NCBI RefSeq assembly: GCF_006345805.1
Contig: NC_042997.1
Span: 124,620,001 to 124,684,000 of the forward strand
Source: Octopus sinensis
Taxonomy: Eukaryota
Reading direction: 5' to 3'
DNA length: 64,000 nt
Positions 24,274-38,450 of the stretch are shown piece by piece. The stretch's first letter is position 1. The number at the start of each line of letters is the position of its first letter. Below the pieces are notes generated by a model. The model was given only the letters and a program-made list of their open reading frames with translations, was not told the origin of the DNA and searched no databases. The translations under genes and the position numbers were made by a program.

Positions 24274-24713
24274 GTGTCTGTGTCTGTGCCTGTGTCTGTG
24301 CCTGTGTCTGTGTTCGCGTGCATGTGCGTGTGTATGTACGTGAGTCTATGTGCATCTCTCTGTGATATTTCGTTCAAAGTGAAGTGGGGATCAATAAGAT
24401 AAGAGAAGCGTTGAGTGTGCGGTTTAGAAAATTTCATCTCAAAATCTACACGTGGTTAGCTCTTTGCTTATCATCTCACGTAGCAATGTGATATCTCGTG
24501 GAAAGTAACTCAAGTCGTTAACAATTTCATGAAGATCACCTGGTAAATGACTGATATGCTTATCACTCAGAACATTTGGCTATTCAGGCATCCAGTTTTT
24601 TCTCATTTTATTTTTAGATACGTGTTCCTATAGGATGAGCTATTTTAAATTTTGGTGAAAGATTTATAATGTATTTCCATACGTTACTTTCGGTCAATTT
24701 CCACTATTTCTCA

Positions 24714-25084
24714 CAGAGGACATGGCTGTGTGGTAAGTAGCTTGCTTACCAACCACATGGTTCCGGGTTCAGTCCCACTGTGTGGCACCTTGGGCAAGTG
24801 TCTTCTACTATAGCCTCGGGCTGACCAAAGCCTTGTGAGTGGATTTAGTAGACGGAAACTGAAAGAAGCCCATCGTATATATGTATGTGTGAGTGTATGT
24901 CTGTGTGTCTGTGTTTGTTCCCCCCAGCATCGCTTGACAACCGATACTGGTGTGTTTACTTCCCTGTAACTTAGCGGTTGGGCAAAAGAGACCGATAGAA
25001 TGAGTACTAGGATTACAAAGAATAAGTCCAGGGGTCGATTCCTTCGACTAAAGGTTAAATGACTGAAACAAGTAAAAGAGTAAT
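24714..25084 (+). mobile_element. SINE family 1, with a deletion just before the tail stem-loop
   Basis: Canonical head catggctgtgtggtaagtagc...ggttcagtccc; cgactaaagg joins directly to ttaaatgactgaaac. Confidence 0.93.
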
Positions 25085-25119
25085 CTTGTACCATGGAAAT
25101 TATAGTAACATGACAATTC

Positions 25120-25355
25120 TTTTATTATTTCTTTATAGCCCACAAGGGGCTAAATATAGTGGGGACAAACAAGGACAGACAAAGGGATTAAGTCGATTCC
25201 ATCGACCCCAGTGAGTAACTGGTACTTAATTTATTGAAGCCAAAAGGGTAAAAGGCAAAGTCGACCTAGGCGGAATTTGAACTCAGAAAGTAACGGCAGA
25301 CGAATTAACGTAAGCATTTCGCACGGCGTGCTAACGTTACTGCCAGCTCGCCGCC
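25120..25355 (-). mobile_element. SINE family 3 (Meta-like core), full length
   Basis: Minus strand ggcggcgagctggcagtaacgttagcacgcc...ctgagttcaaattccgcctaggtcgactttgcc...ataaattaagtaccag. The core resembles the central domain of the MetaSINE superfamily as I recall it; not checked. Confidence 0.85.
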
Positions 25356-25559
25356 TTAAAAAGTGACAATTCTTTTCTTATTGGGATTTTATACTTCCAT
25401 GCTATGTTAAGCCAATCTCGTGAAAATGGTATATAAAGTCGAATGCGTAGATATATCCCCCTCCTTATATAAATACATGCATTATTATATCATTTGATGT
25501 AAGGGATCCTACCATGTACTATACACGTTTTCATAATCGAACATGAAGTCATAGTTTAA

Positions 25560-26337
25560 CTCACCTCTTCTGATGTAGCGAAACTCCGCTGCTCCTGCGG
25601 CTAACTTCTCCTCCAAATTCACAGACCCAACAATCCCGATTGGTCTACCATATTTGCCCGTACTTCTCTTGCTGAATTCCTATCCACATAAATCAACAAA
25701 ATGCTGCAAGCTCTTATCTTTGTCTTACTTACACTTGTGAAAAATACCAACAATACTCTGTCAATGCTCTAATAATCAAACAGATTCATCGTGATCAACT
25801 GTTCATTACATCATAGCAGATTCATCTTTAAGTAATATTATTGAAAACACCTTCCATCATGATCACATGAAGATTCACAGCAAATAATTCCCTTCGTTGT
25901 CTTTTATTAGCCTATTCTTCTTGATTTCGTTTCCCCTTCATCATCGTTCTTATTATTTCTCCCTAGCTAACAGACCTTCTTACCTCTTACTGACCATATA
26001 TTAATATTTCCTTCTCTTATCCCTCTTATTTTCTCTCCACCTTTTCTTCGGGCAAATTTTCTTGCACACTCTCCCTTACCCGATCTTCTCTTGTCAGTTC
26101 TCTCCTTCCGGGTGTGTGCAAGTAAACAACTATTACTTCTGTCTCCTACTCCCTATATTTTCTCACCATCTAATATCTCCATTTCAAGAAATAACACCAA
26201 AAAAGTTTTCTTTTCCGAAGAAGTATTTCATTCGAAACGTCAGAACCTTCACAACGGAAGTAATTTTATTAGTTTGCCAATAAATATAATTGTAACGAAG
26301 CAGCTCACCATAGTCTTCTGCTAATCTCTTTTAATCC

Positions 26338-26345
<8 letters not shown>
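25560..26345 (+). mobile_element. Decayed Penelope-like 3' region ending in a (TA)n tract
   Basis: Pyrimidine-rich UTR-like sequence, a decayed hammerhead-like motif ccgaagaag...cgaaacgtcagaa at 26211-26245, and a weak PTIPIGLPYLP linker-like motif upstream. Confidence 0.45.
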
Positions 26346-26411
<66 letters not shown>

Positions 26412-26558
26412 GATGACTCGCGCGCGCTTTTCGCTTGATGAGTTCGCATAATGTCTATACTGTATTAATCAGATAGGTTTACTTAAATCATCTAAATGTA
26501 ACTTTAGATCTCATGTTATGTCAATAATAACCAAAAGGACTCATTTTGTTATTACCAA

Positions 26559-26613
<55 letters not shown>

Positions 26614-27410
26614 TGATTTATTTGTTTTATCATTAATTTTCTTGTATATATCTATCGGAGATCCATTAATCTAATTCGACGACCTCTTTATTAATATCGC
26701 TTATTCATACAGATAGTATCGCATACTCACATTTTCACATATCACTTACCTGCACTTATCTCTCTGTTTATATATGTATATATATATGTATGTGTATGTG
26801 TGTGTGTGTGTGTGCGTGTGTGTGTGTGAGTGTCTAAGTCTATGTCAGTGTCAGTGTATGTGTGTGTGTATATATATGTATATACCTATACACACACATC
26901 AGATACCATTCATCTTACCTGATAAAATAGTGAAGCAAATTTGATAACTGAAACCTCCACTTGTTATTTACAGATACGTACGATAATTAAAGTAAATATA
27001 TAAATAATAAGAAGGTATTTGAATATGTATAGAGTTTGTGAGATTTATGAGTGATGATGAATAAAGCTGAACTGACTAAGGCAAAGTAAATATTGCTTAT
27101 TCTAGATTGTATTTGGATATACGAGATGATAAATAATGATTATGAATTCGTTCCGCGAAATTACAAGTAGGTATCAGAGACAATTTCTACCTACTGCTGT
27201 ATATATATATATATATATATCTATATATATATATATTATATATATATATATATATAGATATATATATATATATATATCTATATATATATATATATATATA
27301 TATATAACATGAGTATGAGTGGTTTGAATGTGTGTGTGTGTGTGTGTGCGTGCATGTGTATGTATGTGTGTGAATGTTGTATAGGGAGAAGGAGAGAAAC
27401 ACACAGACTT

Positions 27411-27528
<118 letters not shown>

Positions 27529-30096
27529 TACCTGCCCGAAACAAAATGAGTCATAATTTCTTATTGAATGTGGAATGATTTTTACCATGGCAGCAATAGT
27601 TTATTTCAAGTACGAAGAACACGAAATCATATTGAATTAATCCTAATATATTTCAAAGTCCAGGTATCCTACCACATGTGATATTTATTGCGTTGTGTGG
27701 TATAATTTGAACTAAAGGTATTCTGTTAAATAAGGGCATGTTTCACTCACTCCATGATATGTCTTATCTTACACTGCCGAAGCTCCTTACAGCTTTGATT
27801 TTGCTACAGTTCGAAACAGCGAAAGCTCAGCTTAGCATTTGGAAGCCGTTTTTTTAAATTAGTTAGTGAGTGACATAGCTCATGGCTTTTGCTTACTCTG
27901 CCTGATCGCCAAGCGATTGATAACATTAAATTTCAGTTTATATTTATTCATTTCTTTGTTATTTATGAATATTAAGGTCACTAGAATGAAGTTCACTATA
28001 TACACTTAAATATGTGGTACAGATGTTAAACTAGCTGTGGATTATGTCTAGCACGTGAGAGGCAAACTCATGATGTAACATGATTTTGCAATCATCCACT
28101 TCTCACACAGCCCTTGCATTCTGCATACTTTCATCTCCGATAAAAATATCAATAGAGTTGATAAGATATATTTTTATAATCTAATAAGACTAAAACAATT
28201 TAATCCTAAATGGCCATATCGAGGATTGCCGGGTAAAACTAACAAGTATAGAAAACTTCTATATTATTCCTTTTTTCCTTTAACCCGGAAATTCATGGCC
28301 CGAAAGATTCCGTGTGTAATATCTATTTCTGTTTTACTAAGAGGGTAAATTGCTTACCGCCTTAGTAGAGTTAAATGGCTTCTTATCTACGCAGTAGTTT
28401 TACAGGGAATTACGAGTAATTTAACCCAGTGTCTGTGCCACTTAGTTGGATATTCGTACGAAGAACAAAACCGACGCCAAGGAACAATACTTAAACCCTG
28501 TAATCATAAACCACGAATCAAATTTAACAGGTTTATTCCTTAAGTACAAAGGCATTTCTTTCGTGAAATTCAAAGCTGAGTGTAAGGGACATCTTGTATT
28601 CATCGGACATTTCATAAACACATTATCACAATAAAGGTTATGATAGCAATTGGATAGAGAAGAGACACTGCATGATTATGTTGCTGTATGGTCTTGGCTG
28701 AAGCAGAGCCGGCTGTAAAATATTGCTTAGGGTCATATTGTCCAGCTTAATCATAAGCAGTAAATCTCTGATAAAGTAATTAAATGTTAATATAATTTCA
28801 ATAACTCCACTATATTACCATTTTCATTATATTATATTGTTATGAATACAAATAGTATTAATTTCCAAATTTGAAACAATGCCACATACTTTGAGGCAGT
28901 GATCACGATTAGCTTGACTTCCAGTATTTATATTAGCGAGATATGAAGGACAAATTGAATGTCGACTCTCACACGATTTCAACTCAGTGTTGTAAAATAA
29001 CTGATAGACACTTACTTTCCTTTGCCACATTCATACGCTATGGTTTAAGAATAATGTTGACTGTGTCTGATACGAGATCTTCTTACAACTGTGCCTGTCT
29101 GTATTTTGTGTAAAATCTCTCTCAAAACTCGTGGGGAAATATTTCAAATCGAAATGGTCAGGTGTATTTTATGCTGCCGCTTTTACATTCAATTAATTCT
29201 AATATTTTCTCAAATATTCATTGAATCACACTGATCCTCGGTATGTCAATGATTTAGATGTAATTGCGTTATTTGTTCACAACATTTATAGCATTCGGGA
29301 GCCAGCGACGAAGATTCCATGTGAACGCTCAACTTCAGCCACTCACGTTCAACTAACAGCCTACAGTTTTAAAAACAGAAGTTTACGTTGAATAATATGA
29401 CTCCCGATGTATACTTCCGACAAAAAAAAAAAGGCATGTTCATCGGTTTCGACGCTTTTCATCAGAGAACTTCTTACTCAAGCGACAGCAACAGCAACAA
29501 TTCACAGCAACAGCAACAATTCACAGCTATATAGCCACTCCTGAACTCATATGGTCATCCATAAAATAAATCTTATTTACGACGTCTTGGAGTTGATATT
29601 TCCAAGTGCAAATACAAACAGATATAATATTGTGAGAACTGCATTCTTTTATAGATCAGAAAAATACGCTAATTTTCATTAACTTTTGAACATCTCAAAA
29701 GCAAAAGTGCAACACATTTTGAATGGCGGCTCACATTACAGAGTTAGTAAGACGTTCCGGGTGTTAAAACAAACACGATCGTTCTAGACGAAACAGAAAA
29801 AAACAAAATGCCATCTATTTGGCTAAGATTCACTCTCTAGTACAATAAAACCCCATAATCACATGTACGCTGTGACTCACTCTCTTTCTTTCTTTCTCTC
29901 TTTCACCCTTCCCTTCACTTTCTCTCTCTGATAGCTAAATACATATCGTTGCCAAAGTTTTTCATGAAGCGCCAAACTCCAGCTGCATTTTGGATGCACT
30001 TCCACTCATTTATACGCAAAACGCACGCCTCTTGCATACACGCATATATACACACTCAAACACACACATTATATATATATATAATATATTATATAT

Positions 30097-30138
<42 letters not shown>

Positions 30139-30309
30139 CACATACACACCTATGTATATAAATAACCACCTACCATAAGTACGCATATGTATGTATATAT
30201 ATATATATTATCTATTATATATTTATATATATATATATATATATATGATATATATATATATATATATATATGAATACATACATTATACATATAATACACA
30301 TACACACAC

Positions 30310-30362
<53 letters not shown>

Positions 30363-31149
30363 TGTGTGTGTGTGTGTATGTATGTGTATGTATATCGATA
30401 TCTATATCTGCATTCGTATATACCTAACTACGTAACTACCTGCTGCTACCTTCCATACCACATACTTACATACATACATACACATACATACATACATACA
30501 TACATACATACATACATACATACATACATACACACATATATATATACATACATACGTATCGACGCGTGATTTGCGCATCATATAATTTAATTTCACAAAA
30601 GTCTATTATAATACTGCCATTTCAGTTATAACATCAAGTGTATAGCTATATAGCCTTCTATAGAAATTACGTCTCCTGCAGATTTCGCATTAAATTCTCT
30701 CTGCAGTTGTTATCTGTCAGTATTTTTGTTGTTGTTGGTTCTTTTCTTATTTAAATTCATGCTTACCAAATGCTATTGCACAAGCTGATTCAGGGAGAAG
30801 TGCTAAAGACATATGAAATGGTTTTCTTTTTCGTATTTGAGAGGTGTGATTTTCGAATGACAATACCAATAAAATTGTGTATAATGGTAAACCAAGAATG
30901 GAAATACTACAGTCTATAATTATTTCCTGCTCCTACTAAAATGGATTAAAACGTTATTATTTATAGAAAGCATTCGGTATATGTATATAGATGAGCATAG
31001 ATGCGTATGATTATATATGTATACGACACATACTTTTATAAATAGTTATATAATATATAAGCAGACAGACAGCTGGATAGCTAGCTAAATACCTAGATAG
31101 ATAGATAGATGGATGGATAGATAAATAGATAGATAGCTATACATTATAA

Positions 31150-31196
<47 letters not shown>

Positions 31197-32019
31197 ATAT
31201 TATATATATATATATAGGGGGAAAGTGTAGTTTCTATTTTCTTTTTGCAACATTTTTCTACCATATATATATATATACATATATTATGTAGGTAGGTAGG
31301 TAGGTAGGTAGGTTGGTAGTTTGGTAAGTAGGTAACACGTAATTGTCAAATTAGAATTTACTTTTTAAGACTTCTTTGAATGTCTGCATCAGAGTTTTGC
31401 AGTTGTGAATGAGTAGAATATTAAATACCTAATTTCGAATAGTCAACGATATTTCTAGTCTCCTTTGACCTTATCAACGCCATATTATGTGCTGCTGTGA
31501 GAAAATTGCCACTAACGTATACAATTAACAATGAACATTGCAGATTTTCATTTTATTCCCTTTCTTACTTAGGACTGAATGAATCTGGATTCAACAATTG
31601 CTTGACTTAACAAGATAACAGACTTACAGTGAATGTATCACACATGAACAGATAAGTTGCTTTGTAAATGGTTTTCATAATCACTTACAATGAGATTTTT
31701 GATACTTAAAACTGACTCGAAAATTTATACATAAAGACGTAGGCTAATGGTCAGTACTTCAAAATCCTAGTTCACCGGACGAACTACAAATCATTCAATG
31801 AATCAATCTTTCATTCACCTGAGTTCTAAACACACAGCCTTCCAGTAAGCTTGTGACTCAATTTCCCAGTCGCTCCAGCACCCGCCATACAGCATTCATA
31901 TGAACTTGTGATGACAACGTTAGTGGTGGGAAATTTATATGTCAAATTATGACGTAAAAAGGTTAAAACGCCTTATTTAAAAGCAAGCAAAAACTACCCA
32001 TCTATCTATCAATCAATCA

Positions 32020-32085
<66 letters not shown>

Positions 32086-33416
32086 ATGCATGTATATATG
32101 TGAGTTTTGATCAATAAGTATTTGGACTGTTGCTATAGTAACGAAGCTAAAGCACCCACACTGAAGACGGTTGGCAACGACTGACCTTAAACTCTACTAT
32201 GCATGCGCACTAATTATCAGTTAGTTTCAGATTAAGGTCATTAGTTCAAAACAAAATCTTCTTATAAAACAATACACATTTCAGCAGAATAAGCTTTAAA
32301 GGAGACTTTCTCTGATCATTTTTATGTGATATTAAGCGTTTCGAAGACCCACATTTTGGATGCAAATTTTGGTTTGTAATTTCATAATTTTGAGTTCCAA
32401 TTTCAACCCCTATGTTTCTTGGGTTTGTTTATATGCATACAAAATGGATATTAATCTGTCTTTCATTTTGAAGATATTGGCTGCCTGAATTCCTGAATTT
32501 CGGTTTATTTCTATTTACTGGTAAGCAAATTCTGTCTTTAGTATGGCTATGGAATTCAATTTTATTGTGGTATTGTTCTACCTCCGATTTTCTTCCTTTT
32601 TTTATTTTCCTTTTTCTTTACTTTATTGTTCAAATATATTTTAACAATTGTTCATTTTTCCTGTATATAAACGAGTAGAAATGACGCGGATATGGGGTCG
32701 AGTTTTAAAGTGTTTCCAGTTATGCTGATGTTCGTCTACTGACTTTTAGGTTGTATCTGTACACTCACGCTCTCTTTAGTTATTTTGTTAAGGGTGCAAA
32801 TTGTTATATTTCTACAGTTATATTCATGCTATGATGGTTGTATCGTTTCTAGTATTCTAATTCTTATTAGATATCTGTGATCCTACTTCACGCAAACAAT
32901 TGTAACTGACTTGAACAAAACTTTTATTAAAAGTATTAGAGAATCTACGTGAAGAAGTGGTGCTTTCTGCATTGATTAAACCATGTTATTTATCTCTTTC
33001 AGTGACTGCCATTTCGTGGCGCGGATTGGTCTATTCTTAACTCTCTGACATTGAAAATGCTTCCTGTATTAAAGCGTAGATTTACAGAATATGTCTTTAC
33101 CTGATAACAAATAACATATATATCAACTAATGTAATGGGATTTATGATTGTCAAAGGGTAGTTCTTTGTTCATGTATAGGGTTTCAGCGCAGGATTTTGC
33201 CTTAGGACTGGTGTTTGATTGTGCAAGAACAATTTTTTTCCTTGTAGTTATATTTCTCTGTTTGAATTCACACTCACACATTCATACATACGCGGTCATA
33301 CAAAATACACACATGTACGCGCACATGAACACACACATGCATGCGCACATACATACAGACACGCTCTCTCTCTATCCACGTATGCTCACACGCATGTATA
33401 AATGTATGAATATATA

Positions 33417-33480
<64 letters not shown>

Positions 33481-33514
33481 ATGTGTGAATTCTGTGCATG
33501 TGTCCATATGTATG

Positions 33515-33558
<44 letters not shown>

Positions 33559-34133
33559 GTGTGTGAGTGTGTGTGTTTGTGTGTTTATGAAGCGAGAGAG
33601 AGTACATGTGTGTATGCATATAGAGAAAGAGACGAATACACTTTATGATGTTCTGTTGATCCATTTTAATATAAATGTCATATCCATCAGGACAATAGAA
33701 CGAGAATATTAATATGATAAATTGTGAGGAATAATCCCTGATGCAGAATATGTACATGTGCGAACGGAATATTAAATCATTATGTATATCATAATTACTG
33801 GTCTGTAGAGATCATTGATACACTGTTTAATTAAGAAAGCAACAAAATGGCTTCTGTATCTAATTGAACATTTCATTATAATTGATATAAAGAAACAATC
33901 ACTAGCGAAAAAACGTTGATTGTCTACCGGTATTGGACACTTGTGCATCTATCATACCTTTTTAATTAATCCCGAGTTTCAAATTGATCACCTTAATTAA
34001 AAGAATTCATTAACGATACTGATTCCCAATGTTCTCTCTTTGTCTCTATGGTTCTTCTTTTCAATGTCTTTTCCTTCCTTTCATTATAACTCACTACAAC
34101 TAACCTCTTCTCTTTCTTGCGCCCCCTCCCTTC

Positions 34134-34166
<33 letters not shown>

Positions 34167-34925
34167 CATTTTATTATACTATCTTCATATATATATATAT
34201 ATATAGATGCATTATATTATATTCATATATATATGTATATATGCATACATATATATTCACACGCACACATCTATATATTCACATACATATACGTTTATAT
34301 ATATATATACATACTGACACACACACACACACACATAGACAGACACCCACACACACATATATATTGACATATATATATATTAGCTGATTGAATTAATGTA
34401 CACATACGTATGTTATTATATGTATATCTATCTATATCATAATATACGTGTGTGTGCGTGTATGTATGTATGTTATGGATATATATGCATGTATATATAA
34501 TATATACATAAATGCATATACACACGCACACACACATGAATGCATATATACGTGTACGTTTGTGTTTGCGTGAATATGTATGTATGTATGTAGGTAGGTA
34601 GGTAGGTAGGTAGGTAGATTTATTAGTGTATATGCTTGTAACCAAAGGAACATCTTCAATATTCAAAATAGAGCTGGTATGTTTAATTAGAAGCTTAAAA
34701 TTCTAGACTCGTTAAAGTTTCACATTGCCAATTATAAAAACGACTTGAAATCTCAGATTAACTATTTAGGTAACTTTAGTTCAAATGGTGTGCACGTGTT
34801 TGTCTTTGTTTGCATAAGATGCATGTCATATGTAATGCTTTGTATAACCGTTTCTGTTTTACTTTGCACTGTTATACGTAGAAATCAGGAAATAACGGCG
34901 TGAATATAATGCACTGAATGCTATT

Positions 34926-35227
34926 GTTGTTTGTTCCTTCTCGAACCACGCCTGGCTCATAAGTGTCGGTTTCTCGGTTTCCTTGGCGTATAGTTTCCCC
35001 ACCTGGATAGGACGCCTGTCCGTCGCAGGTGAGCTGCAAGATGCAGGGGGAAAGAGTGAGAGAAAGTTATGGCGTAAGAGTCAGCAGAAGTTCGCCATTA
35101 CCTTCTACCGGAACTGCGTGGTGCTTAGGTGTTTCGCTCATAAACACATACATCGCCCGATCTGAGATTCTAGCCCGCGATCCCTCGACCGCGAGTCTGC
35201 TGCTCTAACCACTAGGCCATGTACCTC
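34926..35227 (-). mobile_element. SINE family 2, tail type B
   Basis: Minus head gaggtacatggcctagtggttagagcagcagactcgcggtcgaggg, the shared core, and a tail ending gagccaggcgtggttcgagaaggaacaaacaac. Confidence 0.88.
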
Positions 35228-35851
35228 TTGGTTCACAATTTTGTTTCACAGTCCTGAGATACTGGATTTGATTCTAGAGCATAAAATCATGGTACGTTCT
35301 TTTCTTATACTTTTTCTCTCAAAATATTCTAGTCCTGTCGACTAAATCAGTACTTAAAAAAAAAAAAACACATGACAGCTTTATCCCTTAGCGTTTCACT
35401 GATTTCCGCACAGAATTGTTAATGGTACCTATGCCTGTGGAATACTCACCCAGTTAAGCTGTAGAAAGTAGGTAAGTGTTTCCATTGATCGAATAATTGA
35501 AACATTTATCGTGGAAACCGACGAAGTTTCATATATATTTATACTTCAATGCATGCAACGCCATCAATGCATAAAATTGGTCAACTAATTCATCATTTGT
35601 TATCCGAGATATTTATCATCCTCTGATAAGTATTATTGATTATACTTATACACTTTCCAATTCTCTCTCATACATAAGCACACAAACGAACACAAAATTG
35701 CACAGGATATTGATGCATGAACTTAAATCCATATCCGTACCTTCAAGATTTTGTATAGCCTAACATCTAGATTTCATCACTTTTTGTCTCTTCGTATACC
35801 TCTAGAACCTTTTTTCTAGAAGTGTTCTAGAACGCTTTTCTACTACTACTA

Positions 35852-35931
<80 letters not shown>

Positions 35932-35956
35932 ATACCACTACTGCTGCTGCTACTGC

Positions 35957-36330
35957 TTGTTTGTTTGTTTGTTGAGCGAAGCGGTCTTCTTCCCAGAGTG
36001 GGACAAGTTCGAAACGTGGTCCTTTGCTATTCGTAAGACCCGCAGAGAATAAAGCAGGTCAACCCCCGACACCGAGAGCATCGACGGATGGATGAATGTG
36101 CATCCAGGCTCAGCGGTTGCGTAGGAAGTCGGGGATAAGAAACAGGAAGAAAGAGTGAGAGAAATTGGAGCGAAAAAGTACAACAGGGGTCGCCACAACC
36201 CCCTGCCGGAGCCTCGTGGAGCTTTAGGTGTTTTCGCTCAATAAATACACACAACGCCCGGTCTGGGAATCGAAACCGCGATCCTCCGACCGCGAGTCAG
36301 CTGCCCTAACCACTGGACCATTGCGCCTCC
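35957..36330 (-). mobile_element. SINE family 2, tail type C
   Basis: Minus head ggaggcgcaatggtccagtggttagggcagctgactcgcggtcggaggatcgcggtttcgattccc, the shared core, a distinct tail, and a terminal (AAAC)n. Confidence 0.9.
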
Positions 36331-37936
36331 ACTGCTGCTGCTGCTATTATCCTCAGCAGCAGCAGCACCATTATAACTGGTAGTGTGACACAGTTTGCTC
36401 CTGTCCTGGGTTACCCATACACAATAGTTAAGCACCATAAAACTCTAGCCAATTTGAGGTTATATTTCCATTGATAATTCAAAGAATGTCTTACGTTTAA
36501 GTTCCCACTAGTTATGTTGTTTACTAAAAAGTCGGGAATATATGAGTTAAGTGAAACCAATAAAAGTCAGAGTTTGGTTGTGTTTGTATCTAATCTTCGT
36601 CGCTTCAGCCTTTACAATGGAAGACTTATTGAATTGTGAAAAACAAAGTAGACGCGTTTGATTCTATTCTTTCAGACATTATATGATTGCACAATTTAAT
36701 ATCAAATTGTATAGCTTAGCATTGAACTATACCAAAGCGTAGTGACCCAAGTGATTTCTATAAGTAGCTTCAACGAGATTAGAACTGACTAGAACTGCTC
36801 AAATAAGACAATAATACCAAATGTTGGTTCTTATGATATGGCAAAAATATTGTTGTCTGTTTATTAGGTTTGTTGATTGTTTCCCTTATTGAATGTTTTA
36901 AACACTGTTACAGTATCCAAGAGACAAGGAACGGCCACACAGATGGACTCCACGAAGATTGGAAGTTAAACGATTTGTGCCACGATGGAAAATAAGGGCT
37001 CAGTCATGAAAGAAGTGAAAGCGCAATTTAACCAGCGATGTTTAGCGACATTTGATCGTTTAGTCGGTACCAAAAGCTATTCACGTATCAGTTATGTTGA
37101 CCTTATTTTCAAACGAAATAATTTGTTATTTCACTGTTCATTTGACCTCGAACATACAGGTTACCTTAATCTTGCAACCAATATGCTGCTGACATCACAA
37201 AATTATGTGAGCTATCAATGATCACTACATGGTAATGCAAACAACAGTTTGTTTTGCCAAAGGAAAGAGAAGGAAAAGCTAAATTTCTTTGATGAAGTAA
37301 GTCTTTTCTCAATATTCCTCTCCTACAATTACAAACACATGTTCTTATTTAAACTATTCTTGTCTGAAACATATTTTTATCTCCTTTACTAACACTTATA
37401 TCGATTGTTATCTCATTAAAGTCTGCATTATTCTCCCACAAAACCACTTAACTCTGTGTATTTTCCTTTCATAGTTATTTACTGACTACACATTTAATCA
37501 GTACTTCACTTGATTCCCGTATCGGGTTTCCATAAATACATCAGATTTTAAACCGCACCAGCAATAAAATCATTACGTGTCCTTATAGCATCAACTTTGT
37601 GGAATCTATAAATGGTTTGGCTGTTTAACTCCGAAGATTAAGATCTAGGAGAGATCTTCATCGAAGTCTTTCAAAGCAGGAATTAGTCAACTTCCTGTTT
37701 TCCTTTACATTTATTGATTTCGATTACGTAAGAGATATTCTGTATGTGTAGATTGGTTAGATGCGTTCCCGTGATGATATGATACAAGGCCAAACTACCA
37801 CTGTTCTTATACAAAATAGAACAAGATTAAATATTTTAATAACCTCATATTTTAAATTTCAGCCGCAACATGTTATTGTTTCAAAGTTCTTATAAAGACA
37901 AATTTCACAACTTAATTCATCAGTAGAACCACCATC

Positions 37937-38016
<80 letters not shown>

Positions 38017-38450
38017 TGCCCTGATGCAGTAACAGGCAGTGGCTCTCATAGCTTCTGATCTTGACTGACTAGAAGTGTTATCATGTATATTGTTTTGTTT
38101 TGGTATAAAAGGTGGACTACAGTAAATATTCTTCTCAATACCACAGATTTGCTTGTCAGTTGTTTGACCATAACCAGTTGAGCACGTCACTTAGTGGCTG
38201 ACGATATGTGCATCTCTGATCATGACCAGAAGTAGTGGGGGAGCATAATAGGCATGTGTTGAGAGGGATTCTTTGGGGTTTGAATAAATCACCTCTGGAA
38301 ACATGGGTGTTTCGTTCAACATCCTTAAACAACCCTTATTCAGGGACCTTTTGAGCGGATGTGTTACTCGACCAGAATAAAATTCTAACTGGGCCCCACT
38401 ACAAGGTCATGTGTTGTTTATTTTGATATGAGATCACCATATTGCGCACA
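37937..38450 (-). mobile_element. 3' portion of a non-LTR retroposon with an (ATT)n tail
   Basis: A GC-richer non-coding block on the minus strand ends ...gttactgcatcagggca followed by about 26 ATT units. A short tandem-repeat tail is typical of several LINE clades; family not assigned. Confidence 0.55.

Noticed and set aside
26911-26940. Minus-strand polypyrimidine-CAG|GTAAG motif resembling a recursive splice site
   Set aside because: No host intron or transcription direction is established, and a single motif is not evidence.
32474-32520. 47-nt plus-strand exon candidate (YWLPEFLNFGLFLFT)
   Set aside because: The nearest downstream acceptors give stops in the required phase; no homology.
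35790-35835. Repeated TTCTAGAA resembling heat-shock elements
   Set aside because: Spacing between units is off-register for a three-unit HSE, and no promoter or gene is nearby.
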